NCBI GenBank assembly: GCA_043228905.1
Contig: JBHGNT010000004.1
Span: forward strand, 4,526,001 to 4,590,000
Length of the DNA stretch: 64,000 nt
Reading direction: 5' to 3'
Source of the DNA: Azolla caroliniana
Lineage: Eukaryota; Plantae; Polypodiophyta
This document shows positions 52,423 to 64,000 of the stretch, piece by piece (positions within the stretch are counted from its first letter, which is position 1; each line of letters opens with the position of its first letter). A program made the translations under genes and the position numbers. A model generated the notes under the pieces. That model searched no databases. It had not been told where the DNA came from and saw nothing but the letters and a program-made list of their open reading frames with translations.

Positions 52423-53860
52423 TCTCACACACTCTCATGTGCATATCATACTAATCTTCTGCTGCTTAACATAACCATATAATTAGTCTCTAATTAACCC
52501 TAGTTAATTACCTAATTACTTAACAACATGTTTTCAAAACAAGTTATTTCAAAAGGATGGCATGCATGGGATACAACACTACAAAACATCAATGATATTC
52601 ATCGTATGTATGGTATGACTAATGCTAAAAGACGTAAGAAATTGATTGATAAGTTTTCATATATTCTTACGCACTGCAATGTACTATTGATGAATAATCC
52701 ACATGATGAAGAGCATTTGGATGTTCAAGTTCAAGTCTAGGACATTGTGAAGAATTTGTCTTGTCAAAGTTATCGACAAACAAGACTACGTCAATTAAAG
52801 GAGGGATTTATAGATAATCAATCACAATCTCATATGTTTTTTCAAGAATTAAGACCACCATATGCTCGTTCAGATGTGGTACAAATTAAGATAGGGGATG
52901 CCATTGTTGTAGACCCAGTCAAGGTTATTGAGTTATGTATTACTCATTTTTAGAATTTGATTGGGCCAGAGTTGATTATTAATGATGATGTTTTCAAAGC
53001 ACAACAAGAGTTTCATAATGTAATTGGGAGTGTCATGAATACAAATATTTGTCAAGAATTGGATGCTGATTTTGAAGAAGATGAGGTGGAAAATGTATTG
53101 TTACACCTTCCAAATGGTAAAAGCCCTGGCTGGGATGGTGTTACAAATGAAGTTTTTAAGAAGTATGTTACATGCTTAAGAGTCCATTCACACAAATGTT
53201 TCAACAATGTTGGGATTCTGGTTTCATGCTTGAGAGCTAGAAGGTGGGCTTAATCAAATAGATACCAAAGGTACCATCTCCGGAGTCATTTCATCAATGG
53301 AGGCCTATTTCATTGATGGGAGGGTTGTACAAAGTGTTTGCAAAGATATTATTCAACAGACATAAGAAGTTCTTACCTCAACTTATCCATCCATCTCAAT
53401 ATGGTTTTATTACAAGTAGAAATATATTGCATAATGTTTTGAATGTTCAAATGGCGACCGATTATGCTCGACATACACATCAAGAAATTGTTATGGTGCA
53501 ATTAGATTTGGAAAAAGCATATGATCATGTTAATTGATCTTTCATCTCAGGTGTGATGTATAATGTGGGGTTTGGTCCTCGTATGTGTCAACTTATCTTT
53601 TTGCTAAGGCAAAATGCAACCTCTCGTGTGATGCTTAATGGCAGAGTCACTCTGAAAATGTTTCTTACTAGATCCATGCGGCAAGGATGTCCACTAAGCC
53701 CATTGTTATTTGTTATTGTTACACATCCTTTGTTAGTAATGTTATCAAATCTTGCGGCCAATGGTGATATTGTGGGTTTGCATCTTCCTTCTGGTGGACA
53801 ATTGGTGGCACAAGCATTGGCAGATGATTCTTTTATGTTTTTACAAGCCTCAAAAGAAAA
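47232..53860 (+). mobile_element. LINE (L1-type) ORF2, split by Copia insertions
   Basis: Endonuclease motifs GIYA, MGDFN, SRLDR, SDHFP (47232-47915); resumes at 52526 with KSPGWDG, WRPISL, QYGFI, LDLEKAYD, RQGCPLSPLLF, LADD; cut again at 53860. Confidence 0.9.
47916..52525 (+). mobile_element. Non-autonomous Ty1/Copia (gag-PR-INT, RT/RNase H missing) with a 675-bp LTR-PBS-gag duplication
   Basis: LTRs 47916-48364 and 52071-52525, partial third LTR 48687-49039; PBS TGGTATCAAAGC at 48365 and 49040; PPT GAGCTTGAGGGGGCG; TSD GCATG/ACATG; motifs CNYCGKIGH, FVDSGASHH, IHSDVWGP, PQQNGVAERKN; no RT motifs after DEQEP. Confidence 0.92.
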
Positions 53861-54119
53861 TGTTGAGCGGCAAGCTCAACCGGATCCGGATCCGGATTGG
53901 TTGAATAAGCCTGAGCCGGATCAGAGCAGTAACCGGAAGTCTAGTAATAGCCTAGACTACTAGGTAATCTTGTCTCGTAGTTAGTGTCAGTCGTACGTAG
54001 GAATATTGAAGTACCTGTCAGTATTTCTGTCAGTCCTTATGGATTTGTATAAATAGTGTTGTTTAACATGTTGTATGTACAGAGTTTTAGAGTATTTTGA
54101 ATTAAGTGTATGTTCTGCT

Positions 54120-54946
54120 CAAGGTTGTTAGGTACATTAGGTACGGTACGGATACCATACGTATTTAACGTATTAATACCCGTATAGTACCTTTCAATTT
54201 AAAAATACGTTAAATATGTTTTCTTAATATGTTAAATACTTATAAAATATGTATTTTACATATAGTACGTTAAATACTTCTAGAATTTGAAAATTATTTA
54301 CCTTTCTAAAAAATATCTATAATATTGTAAAAAACATCTATGTTTACACAATTTTGTGATGTACAATATAGTTCTACATCCTAAAATGCATATAAGACAT
54401 TTGAACATTTCACATCCTAAAATACCTATAGTAATATGGATGTCGACATTCCCTTATTCTATAAATCAGTTTAAGTGTGTATCACGATGTTCTACTTCAA
54501 ATTGTAATTATTTACAATTATGCCTTCATAGATTGAGGAATCGTCTACGATTATCACACTCATGATAGGTTTCTCTTTTCTTCGTTTTCTTCTTCTTCTT
54601 CTTCTCTCTTTTGCGATTATCACACTTAGGACAGGTTTATGTCTTCTTTTCTCTCTTCTTCTTCTTCTTCATCTTCTTCATCGTCATCTCTTCTATTCTT
54701 CTTTCTTCCTTCCTTTGGCTTCTTTTTCACTAAAATCTTTTTTTTCTTTTGCTTTTTGTTAGGGTTTTACTTACATTTTCTTTATAAATACGTATTATAC
54801 CTGTTTTTTTATAAATACGTTAAATACCGTATTGGACAAATGTACATGATATTTGACTGAACAACATTGAGGTATAGTACGTACTATACAAATGATGAGG
54901 TACTATACGTATTTAAATGTTAAATACGGGTACGTAAACAACCATG
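54120..54946. mobile_element. hAT-type MITE inside the Copia 5' LTR
   Basis: TIRs CAAGGTTGTT / AACAACCATG; degenerate 8-bp TSD GTTCTGCT / GCTCTACT; AT-rich interior. Confidence 0.7.
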
Positions 54947-57778
54947 GCTCTACTGTCTCTGTCTCTGCCACGCGTATTCTCTATGTATTAAGTTGTCCAT
55001 TAAACCTTTATCTTATTCTCTGTTGCTACTCGGCTGAGCCGGTTCTGTCTAATGCTTTCGCACCTTAACATTCACATGGTATCAGAGCGTGAGGGTTGAT
55101 AACCTCTGCAACCATCGCTTGCTTTCGTAGACAAACCCTAGAACCCGGTAACAACAGACAGAGAGAAGTTATGGACAGAGGAATGGTGAGTTCACTTCCA
55201 ACAAAGAAGCTCGACCGGAGCAACTACGTGTCCTGGTCATATAAAATGCACCAGTACCTGTTGGGGTATGGATATTGGAGCTTCATGGAAGGAAGGAACG
55301 AGGTAGCGCCAGAACCGGCACACAATGACTTCCTGATATGGGAGCAAGGAACGAGCCGAGTATTGTACTACCTTGCGTCCTGTGTGCATGATCAGATGCT
55401 CGGCTACATCAAGGATGCAAAGTCGTTGAAGGAGGCCTGGGGAAATCTGAGGAAGATTTTCACCGCAAGTACCACAACCTGTAAGTTGCAGCTCCGGCAA
55501 GAGTTGAACAACATCTGGCAAAGAGACATGTCGGCTACGAATTACACCAACAAGATAAAGGAGATTTGTGACACAGTCATGTCCATCAACGTGATGATGG
55601 ACGAAGACGAGATGGTCCAAATTTGCCTCGGTGGTCTAGCGCAAAGATGCGGGCAAATCCAGACAGCTATCTACACCCGGGAGAAACCACCATCTTTCTT
55701 CGATTTGCAATCGATGCTGATGGTCGAGGAAAACCACGCAAGTGGATCAAGGACCACTCAATCGGATGGCCGGATGTTGTACACGGAGATAGATCGGCCC
55801 CATGGATGTGGTGGATGAGGTGGGCCGGCACACAATGGAGGTGGCCGGCAAGAGTAGGACCGGAGGCACAGAGGTGGTGCCGACAACAGTTCCGGACCCT
55901 CCACAAGTAGGGGGAGTCAAAGCGGCGTCGGGAACCGACAAGGAAAGGCTGACACAGAATGTTGGTACTATGGCAAAAAGGTTCATAGGGAAAGCGAGTA
56001 CTGAAAGAAGTGCACCGATTCGGACAAATTCGGATCCGGCAAAACCGGTCGGGAGAACCGGTAAAGCTCGCACTACGCGGAAGGATCGGAAGGATCCAGA
56101 ACTGGGAAAACTGGTAAAGGGCCAACCTTCCTGATGAAGCACAATGCTAACTCGATGAAGAAGTCTACTTCCAAATCCGAGGAAGTATGGTACGTTGATT
56201 CCGGTGCGTCCAACCACATGACGAGCAATGAAGAGTGGTTCTCTTTTTTAGAGAAACTAGAATAACTGGGGATTTTCAAACTGGAGACGACACCCCTCAC
56301 CCGATTGTGCATGTCGGAGAAGTCCCTTTAAGCCATGTTGGACAAAAGGGGAAGTTGATAAACGTACTACACGTTCTGACAATCACAAAGAACATGGTGT
56401 CGATTGGACAAATCGTCGACCATGGAATGCAGGTGCGGTTTATGCACCTCAGGTGCTTCATCGAGGAAGAAGGCTGGATAATTGCGCAAGGGCGCAGAGA
56501 AGGGAGGATATTTATCCTCAACACCAATGACATTGGCATCGCGATATTTGCCAAAGGGCAGAAGGTCGAGTCAGACATCGACATGTGGCACAAGCAATCG
56601 AAACAAGTTGTCTTTGGTTTGCCGAAATTTAGCGATCGGAAGGCCGAAATTTGTGAAGCCTGCCAACTCCGGAAGCAACACTAGCTTCCATTCCCCACCG
56701 AACGAAACCGGAGCTGTAACAAGCTCGATCTAATACATTTGGATGTATGGGGACTCGCAGAGAACGTTAGTCTTGGCGGGAGTCAATACTTCATCTCCTT
56801 CATCGACGATTACAACTGGCACACGTGGATCTACCTCATCAAACAGAAGAGCAAAGTCTTCGAATGTTTCTGGAACTTGCAAAGCTTAGTTAAATGGGAA
56901 ACGGAGAGGAAGGTCAAGTGTTTGCGGTCGGATGGCGGAAAATAATACTTTTCCAGCCAATTCAACAGTTATCTGCAACAGAACGGAATTCAGAGAGAAT
57001 TCAGTTGCAGATACACGCCGGGCAAAAGGTGTGGCCAAAAGGAAGAACCGGTCGATAGTCGATGCGGCAAGAGCAATGCTGGAGGAGAAGAGCATGACCC
57101 AATTCTACTAGACTGAGGCGGTGCGGACGACCGTCTACATCCAAAACCGGTGTCGTGAAGAAAACCGTCCACAAGCGGAATCGGTGCACCGGAGCGTAGG
57201 AACCGGCTCTTCATGCACGTACGCCTTATGTTGAACATAGAAGATCCTAGGTAGGTAGATTCGGTAGGTAGGAAGTTAATGGGAAACGACTCCTTCCTTG
57301 CCTATAAAAGGAGGGAGACGAGGAAGGGGGAAGGGTTCGCGGTTAGAGAGGACGAAGTGCTGTCGGGTTGTCGGCCGAAGGCTTCTCTCTCTTTCAAAAC
57401 TCCATAGCTTCTTTCTATGCAGGTTTCGGGAGGCTCGCGCTGCTCTGAGGAATGCCCGAGTGCTTCCGGCAGCACCTCCAACCTACTCCTTTCTTTCTGT
57501 GCGTTTACGAACAGGCATCAACATCTGTTCGCCGGCCTGTTCGGTTGTAACCGACTTCGTGCTTCTTCTTGTTTGTCCTTGTTAATATATATATACATAC
57601 ATTCGTGTCTCTCTGCGTCGGTGTCCCACTCGCGTCTTTGTGTCGAGGGCCGTGTCCCTGAGAATCTGCGCTCACACGTAGTGGGTCTCTTCCCTTCTCC
57701 TCTCTCTCTTGCTTTTCGGTGCAAGACCCCCGAGGTCCCGCCTCATTTCACACATCCGCGAGGAATACCTCGACATCT

Positions 57779-57796
57779 TGGTGAACCCGACGTGAA
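57779..57796 (+). other. Primer-binding site complementary to tRNA-Trp
   Basis: TGGTGAACCCGACGTGAA is the reverse complement of the recalled plant tRNA-Trp 3' end (TTCACGTCGGGTTCACCA). Confidence 0.8.
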
Positions 57797-57818
57797 CGAG
57801 GCGGCAGAAGAGCAGAAG

Positions 57819-59862
57819 ATGAAAGGGTCGGATCTTGCGGAGGCCATGGCTTCGGCCGTGGATCGGATATTGAGCGCACGCGAGGGCACCGACGCCCTCG
57901 ACAGAGCCATTGAGGTGGTCGTCAGTACGATCGGCCGGTTCAGCGGAAAGGATGCCACGAAGTATTTGGCGTCCTACGGGGCAAAAATGCTGATGCGGGA
58001 CATTCCGGAAGAGAGGCGTCTTGCCGGGTTCCCTCGAGGTACGAGCGGAGAGCCGTACCTGGGAGGAGTTCGAAGGCCGACTCCTAGAAAAATACGGGCT
58101 GGACGACGCGCTCCGGCTTTCGAAACAGGACTTCATGGAATGGGTGGAGTCCCCCGGCAAGGGAAGAAACGCGTCGGCACTCCTCCGGGAGTTTGAGGAA
58201 TGCTTTGCGCGCCTTTCGGCGCTTGATCGAACCGTTCTGGATACGAGCCGGGTCGTACTGTTCGTCAAGTCGGTGGACGAGCAGGACCGGGATCAAGTCG
58301 GCTCCTTGCTAGAAACTGAAGACGGGCTGACGACCGACTGGGCTGACAACGGGGCGACCGGAGCGGGCTTTGTCACAGTAAGGAGGCTTGAACCGGCACC
58401 ACAAGGGCGAAGGGCAGAGACCCGGGAGTGGCTCGAAACCGGTTCGGCTTCGACCGGCATGGTCAATGACTTGTCCGGAGGAGTAGTGCTGGAGGAGTTG
58501 ACGCGGGCGATAAAGGATCTCCAGATCGCCCAGACTCGAAGGGAAGGCGGCAAACCGGCTCGTGACCGACGACCGGCAGCAGGGAACAGGTGCATGTGGT
58601 GCGACGAGGTCGGCCACATTCGGAAGGACTGCGGCGATTTCGCGGAGGCGTTGAGGAACCGGGTGGTGTACCTGTGGGAAGGCCGGGTGCATGCCGGCGA
58701 TACCAGAAGGGCCCTAAACCCAAACGATGGGCGAGGAGGTATGAAGAGACTGATGGAAGAGGCAGCGGCCCAACACGTGGAGGCCATCCACTACTCGGCG
58801 TCGGCCGGTATTCGGGTCGGGGGCAGCGAGGCCCGAAAGGAGAGCAAAGACGGATTCTGGTCGGCAATGCTGGAAGGCCTCGCCGGCGCACGACTGAGGG
58901 AAGATGAAGCGGACCGCGCTGAGAGACGCGTCCGGGAAATAACCCGGTGGAGCGACCCGGTCGAGGAGACGATGGGCTTCGTAGAAGCCGCCTGCCGGAA
59001 CTACGAGGCTCTGGTGGAAGACAAACGAGTGGGGAAAGCCGGAGCGGTCGGGCCCTCACAACGATACGAGACCCGATTCGGGCAACGACGGAACGATGTC
59101 GGTGGGTCCAATGCGCAAGATAACCCCAGGAAGGGCGGATACCGACTGGGGATGGAAATAGAAAGGACCACGGACCTGCGAAAGGTCCTAGAAGAGCGGA
59201 TCCTTGACAGCAAAGTGGAGCTGTCATTGCGGGAGGTGCTAGGGATCGTTAAGAAGGAGTTCCACGACTCCATTGTGGACTTGGTGAAGCGGAAGAGGCT
59301 GTCGACGAAGACGGAACCGGAGAGACCGGTGGAGGTGCGGACGACGCACATCGACGACATGGCGCTGGAAGATGAGTGGGTGGAGAGCCACTATTCGAGG
59401 CCACACTGGGCCCGAGCGACCACGGAGATCCCGGTAAAGATCGGATATGTTCAGGAACCGGTGGTGGCATTGGTGGACCACGGTTCGGAAATAAACCTGA
59501 TGTCCATGAACTTCTATAAGAAAGGAAAGTGGTCGATCAACACCAAGCACGGGTGGAAGATACGGGCGGCGACGCGCGCCACCGAGGAACTGCACGGGGC
59601 CTGCCCGAACGTGCGGGTCAAGATCGATGACATCGAGATTGACCAGCACTTCTTCGTACAGGAGACGTCCTCGCACCCGGTCATATTAGGGGAACCATAC
59701 ATCACGGCGGCGCGGATGGAGACCAAGGTGCTGGACAACGGTTCGGCCTACGCGAGGGTCAAAAGCCAGGACGGGCGCCATTCGGTCCAATTTCTGACGG
59801 TGCGACCGAACCACGAGCGAAACCGCGAATCCCTCGGTGGCGAGAACCGGGAGGATTTTTAG
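57819..59862 (+). pseudogene. Gypsy gag-protease ORF (one frameshift near 58030)
   Basis: IGRFSGKDATKYL gag start, CMWCDEVGHIRKDC knuckle, ALVDHGSEINLM...VILGEPY protease; ends EDF*. Confidence 0.88.
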
Positions 59863-59919
59863 AGAGGGCTGCCAAGGCGTGGGGCCGAGACAGCCCGGAC
59901 ACTCGGGAAAGACCCCACG
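59853..59919 (+). promoter_or_regulatory. Candidate -1 ribosomal frameshift signal (slippery heptamer + H-type pseudoknot)
   Basis: G GAT TTT at 59853-59859; 6-nt spacer; stem 1 GGGCTG 59866-59871 / CAGCCC 59891-59896; stem 2 CGTGGGG 59878-59884 / CCCCACG 59913-59919. Confidence 0.7.
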
Positions 59920-62900
59920 GTTGTACGATAGAACCGAAACCGAAGGAACCCTGTACGATAGGTAGGAAATTTTGCTTCTCCAACAACGGAGGGTGTATGA
60001 TAGTCGGCATCGTTGGCTGAGAAAAGACAAGGGCGGAAGTGCGACTTCGAGCGTGCGGAGTTCTCGGTCCGGACGAGGAAATCAGCGGAGCCGTGGAGGC
60101 GGTCTCCTTCGACGACACCTTGGGAATGCTGAGGAACGTAGCCGGAGAAGACCTTAACGAAGACCGGACGATACCGGTATGTTCCGAAGAGATGTACGAA
60201 GTCATTGCGAACTTCAGTCAGGGGCTCGGGTCAGATCGGACGGCCCGAGTTAGCACGAAGTACAAAACTATGGACCGGAAGGTAAGGCTAGTCGCGGCAC
60301 CCTTACCGGAGGGCAGAGAGTCCCGAATCAGAGGGGTTGTGTCAGACCCCAGTTTACGAGATCCGGTCTGCATAGGACACACCTTCACCGACGGGACGCT
60401 CCGGGAGCTCAAAATCGGTGGGGGCGGGTTCCTACTGCCGGTGGAGGAAGACCGGTTTCGGAGAATGCTCGGACGGCACAGGAAAGCTTTCGCATTCTCA
60501 CTGGGAGAGATCGGGTGCGTAGACCCGACAATCGTGGAGCCAATGGTGAAGCCGATTCCAGTACCGAGAGCTCACATCCCGAAGTTGATGGAGCTATTGA
60601 GGCAGAAAGTCGATATGGGCATTCTCGAACCGTCAAGTGCCCCATACTCGAACCGATGGTTTACCGTACCAAAGAAAAACGGAACATTGCGCTTCATTCA
60701 AGACCTGCAGCCGGTCAATAGAGTGACCATTCGGAACGCAGGAATCGGACCGACCATAGACGAGTTCGTGGAGGCCTTCGCCGGAAGGTCAATTTATTCG
60801 GTCGGTGATCTGTACTCGGGGTACGACCAGTTCCAGCTAGCCGTGGAGAGCAGAGACATTACGACGATGTGAACTCCCCTCGGCCTAGTACGAATGTGTA
60901 CCCTGCCACAAGGAGGGACCAACTCGGTGGCCCACATGGTGAATGCAATGAACAAGGTACTGAGGGATTGCATCCCGGACATCACCATGCCATTTCTAGA
61001 CGACATCCCGATAAAAGGGTGCCCGGTGGAAGAGAAGGACGAGACACTTGGGCCGGACGGGTGTCGGCGATTCGTGGCAACACACATCAACGACTGCGAG
61101 AAGGTGCTACAAAGGTTAGAGGATGCGAGGCTCACCTTCTCCGGGGAGAAATCGGCCTTCAGGCAATCAGAAATCCTGGTGGTCGGACACCTATGTGGAC
61201 CATATGGCCGTAAGCCGTCTCCGGCAAAGGTAGAAGCCATCTCCGCGATGAAGACCGACTGTAGCTCGGTTACGGAAGTTCGGAGGTTCCTGGGGGCGTG
61301 CGCATTCTACCACATATGGATCCCGCATTACGCCCACATTGCGGAGCCGCTATACGGGTTGCTGAAGAAAGGGCGAAAATTCGAGTGGCGAGACGAGCAC
61401 ACGGAGTCGGTCCGGAAGTTGAAGGAAGCTCTTGCGGTAGCACCGGCGCTCCGGAAGGCTGTCTACGGGAAGGGTACCCCGGTATACATAACGGTGGATA
61501 CGAGTCCGACCGGGATCGGATGGGTCGTCAACCAAGAAGATGAGGACGACATTCGGTTCCCGATCCGATTCGGCGCGAAGGTCCTCAGTGAGCGACAGCG
61601 AGGGTACGCCCAGGTTAAACGCGAACTCTGGGGTATCGTTTCGGTAGTAAAGGCCGACAAAGACTACCTGATCGGGACAGAAGTGATTATCGAGACGGAT
61701 TGCCTGCCAATTCTCGGCATGGTTTCCGGATGCGCGACACCGGACCTAGCGATGCTCAGGTGGATAGCGTACATCAACTCCCTGGACCCGGAAATACGAC
61801 ACATTTCCGGAAAGGACAACGCCATGGCCGACATGCTTTCGAGGGCGAGGTTTGATGACGAGGGCGGCATGGTTTCGGAGGACGAAGAAGCCGGGGTGGA
61901 CTTCTACGAGGCAGCGTACGTGACGACCGATGGGACGAGCACTCCGGCGCTTAACGGCTTCGACGAGAGCAAGTACGATGGCGAGTGGCTCCAGATCGGT
62001 GGTTTCTTGAGGACAATGACGCTGGATTCGTCGTGGACGAGGGACGAGACCAACCGGATCCTGAAGAAAGCATACTAATTCTTTCTCCGGGACAGATACT
62101 TATGGAAGCACCCGAAGAAGAGGAACGACGTCCCACTCCGGGTGGTGGCGATGAAGGAAGAACAGGAGGAGCTGCTGACGGCCTACCACGACAGCCCTTG
62201 TGCTGGACACCGTGGAACGTGGGCCACGTTCGAGAAGATAAAGGGGAAGTACTGGTGGCCGGGACTGTACCGGGACGTGCATCGGTTCGTGACAACTTGC
62301 GAGGGCTGTCAGATGCACTCCGTAGTCCGACATCGGGACGAGCTTCACCCTACGTACCCTCCGACCATCCACTTCAAATGGATGGTAGACCTGGTGACGA
62401 TGCCGATGGGAGTAGGACAGATGCGGTATCTGGTCCTGGCTCGGGAAGATCTAACGAACCAGGTGGAAGGCCGAGCCCTTCAGAACAAAACAACCGTGGT
62501 CGTATGTCGGTTCTTGATTGAGGACGTGATATGCCGGTACGGGTGCGTCGGGAAGATCGTGGCTGATCGTGGGGAGTTGGACGCCGAAGAGGCCAAGGAG
62601 CTGTTCGACCGGCTAGGAGTCAAGCTCTCGCTTACCACTGCGTACAATCCGGAGGCGAATGGAAAGGTGGAGCACGGTCACGGACCGATCGTCAAGGCGT
62701 TAGTTCGGGCATGCGGAGGTCAAGTCGGGAACTGGCCGCGGCTGCTGCCTTACGCGCTGTGGGCTGACCGAACTACGCACAGTTCGGTAACCGGATTCAT
62801 GCCGGCAGAGCTCATGTTTGGGCAGAAGCCGATCATGCCGAAGGAACGTACGATCTTCTCATGGGCAACCGTGGACTGGAGAGACGAGATGAGCCAGGAG

Positions 62901-63307
62901 GAACTATTGGCGGCGCGCATACGTCAGCTCGAGCGAAGGCCGGAGGACGTGGAGCAGGCTGCGGGAAAGCTTCGGGATGCAAGGATGAGGAACAAAACCC
63001 GGTTCGACCGAACGCACCGGCTCCGACCGGAGAAGATCGAGGAAGGCGACTGGGTGCTAGTCTACGACAGCAGCCTCGACAACCAGCACCGAGCGACACG
63101 GAAAACGGGCCTTACGTAGTACAAAGCGCCAACGACAACGGGACGTACCATCTGGCGGAACTCGACGGCATGAGAATGGCGATACGGGTAGCTGGGAAGC
63201 GGATCAAAGCGTTCAAGAAGCGTCACGACGACGAGCCGGATCCGGTTAACCTGGACCGCGACGATGAACGATCCGAAACCGAGGAACAACCGACGGGCGG
63301 GGAATGA
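59856..63307 (+). pseudogene. Gypsy pol (RT-RNase H-integrase), -1 frame relative to gag-pro, disrupted
   Basis: YSNRWFTVPKKNG, DLYSGYDQ, LPQGGTNS, FLDD, VDTSPTGIG, HDSPCAGHRG...CEGCQ, VADRGE, YNPEANGKVE. Confidence 0.9.
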
Positions 63308-64000
63308 AGGCTGGACGGGTTTTCTCTGTCCCAACTCAATTTTGGCGCATGCCGGTGGATGCGTGGTTAGGTGGGGGCGGATGTCGTGAAGAAAACCGTC
63401 CACAAGCGGAATCGGTGTACTGGAGCGTAGGAACCGGCTCTTCATGCACGTACGCCTTATGTTGTACATAGAAGATCCTAGGTAGGTAGATTCGGTAGGT
63501 AGGAAGTTAATGGGAAACGGCTCCTTCCTTGCCTATAAAAGGAGGGAGACGAGGAGGGGGGAAGGGTTCGCGGTTAGAGAGGACGAAGTGCTGTCGGGTT
63601 GTCGGCCAAAGGCTTTTCTCTCTTTCAAAACTCCATAGCTTCTTTCTGTGCAGGTTTCGGGAGGCATCGGCATCTGTGCGTTTCTGTTCGCCGGCCTGTT
63701 CGGTTGTAACCGACTTCGTGCTTCTTGTTGTTTGTCCTTGTTAATATATATATACATACATTCGTGTCTCTCTGCGTCGGTGTCCCACTCGCGTCTTTGT
63801 GTCGAGGGCCGTGTCCCTGAGAATCTGCGCTCGCACGTAGTGGGTCTCTTCCCTTCTCCTCTCTCTCTTGCTTTTCGGTGCAAGACCCCCGAGGTCCCGC
63901 CTCATTTCACGCATCCGCGAGGAAAACCTCGACACCGGATCGGAGACAAGGTGTCATCACATGAGCTGTATTTCGGGCGGAAGTCGAATTTGAGACACCT

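Larger units (their letters stand above)
57151..63934 (+). mobile_element. Full-length Ty3/Gypsy element nested in the Copia integrase
   Basis: LTRs 57151-57775 and 63382-63934 (TGTCG...CGACA), 4-bp TSD CCGG, PBS at 57779, PPT AGGTGGGGGCGGA before the 3' LTR. Confidence 0.95.
53861..64000 (+). mobile_element. Ty1/Copia element related to 47916-52525; continues beyond the window
   Basis: 5' LTR 53861-55076 (starts TGTTGAGCGGCAAGCTCAAC), PBS TGGTATCAGAGC at 55077, gag SSLPTKKLDRSNY, WYVDSGASNH, integrase DVWG / RSDGGK; integrase resumes after 63934 (RIGDKVSSHELYFGRKSNLRH). Confidence 0.9.

Noticed and set aside
57417-63469. Numerous long antisense/overlapping ORFs in GC-rich retroelements
   Set aside because: Expected from low stop-codon frequency at high GC; no recognisable domains.

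Overview
Eukaryotic, land-plant genomic DNA (spliceosomal introns, WPP-domain RanGAP, plant LTR retrotransposons, many microsatellites; the TE lineages suggest a non-seed plant such as a fern, which is inference). Host genes: two intronless paralogues of a small secreted His/Gly/Pro-rich protein with repeated P-V-x-V-R-V-P motifs (12929-13405 and 19008-19490, minus strand), an intronless RanGAP (27657-29534) and a 12-exon cytosolic-type phosphoglycolate phosphatase (33192-38438) whose 9th intron holds a ~2 kb inverted repeat derived from Copia gag. The rest is TE: a non-chromovirus Ty3/Gypsy element at 1-9036 (minus-strand gag-pol plus a long extra ORF), a pogo/Tigger-like transposase relic, a Copia solo LTR with a hAT insertion, a full-length Copia (39558-44718), and a nest of LINE < Copia, Copia < hAT MITE and Gypsy (47232-64000). 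The most unusual signals are (1) the first Gypsy element has a tRNA-Arg-like primer-binding site at BOTH internal ends, one of them where the polypurine tract should be, (2) the His-rich secreted protein pair, which I cannot assign to a family, (3) the intronic Copia-derived hairpin, and (4) a tRNA-Trp-primed Gypsy with a 4-bp TSD and a slippery site plus pseudoknot between gag-pro and pol. All family and tRNA assignments are from motif recognition and recall, not from database searches.
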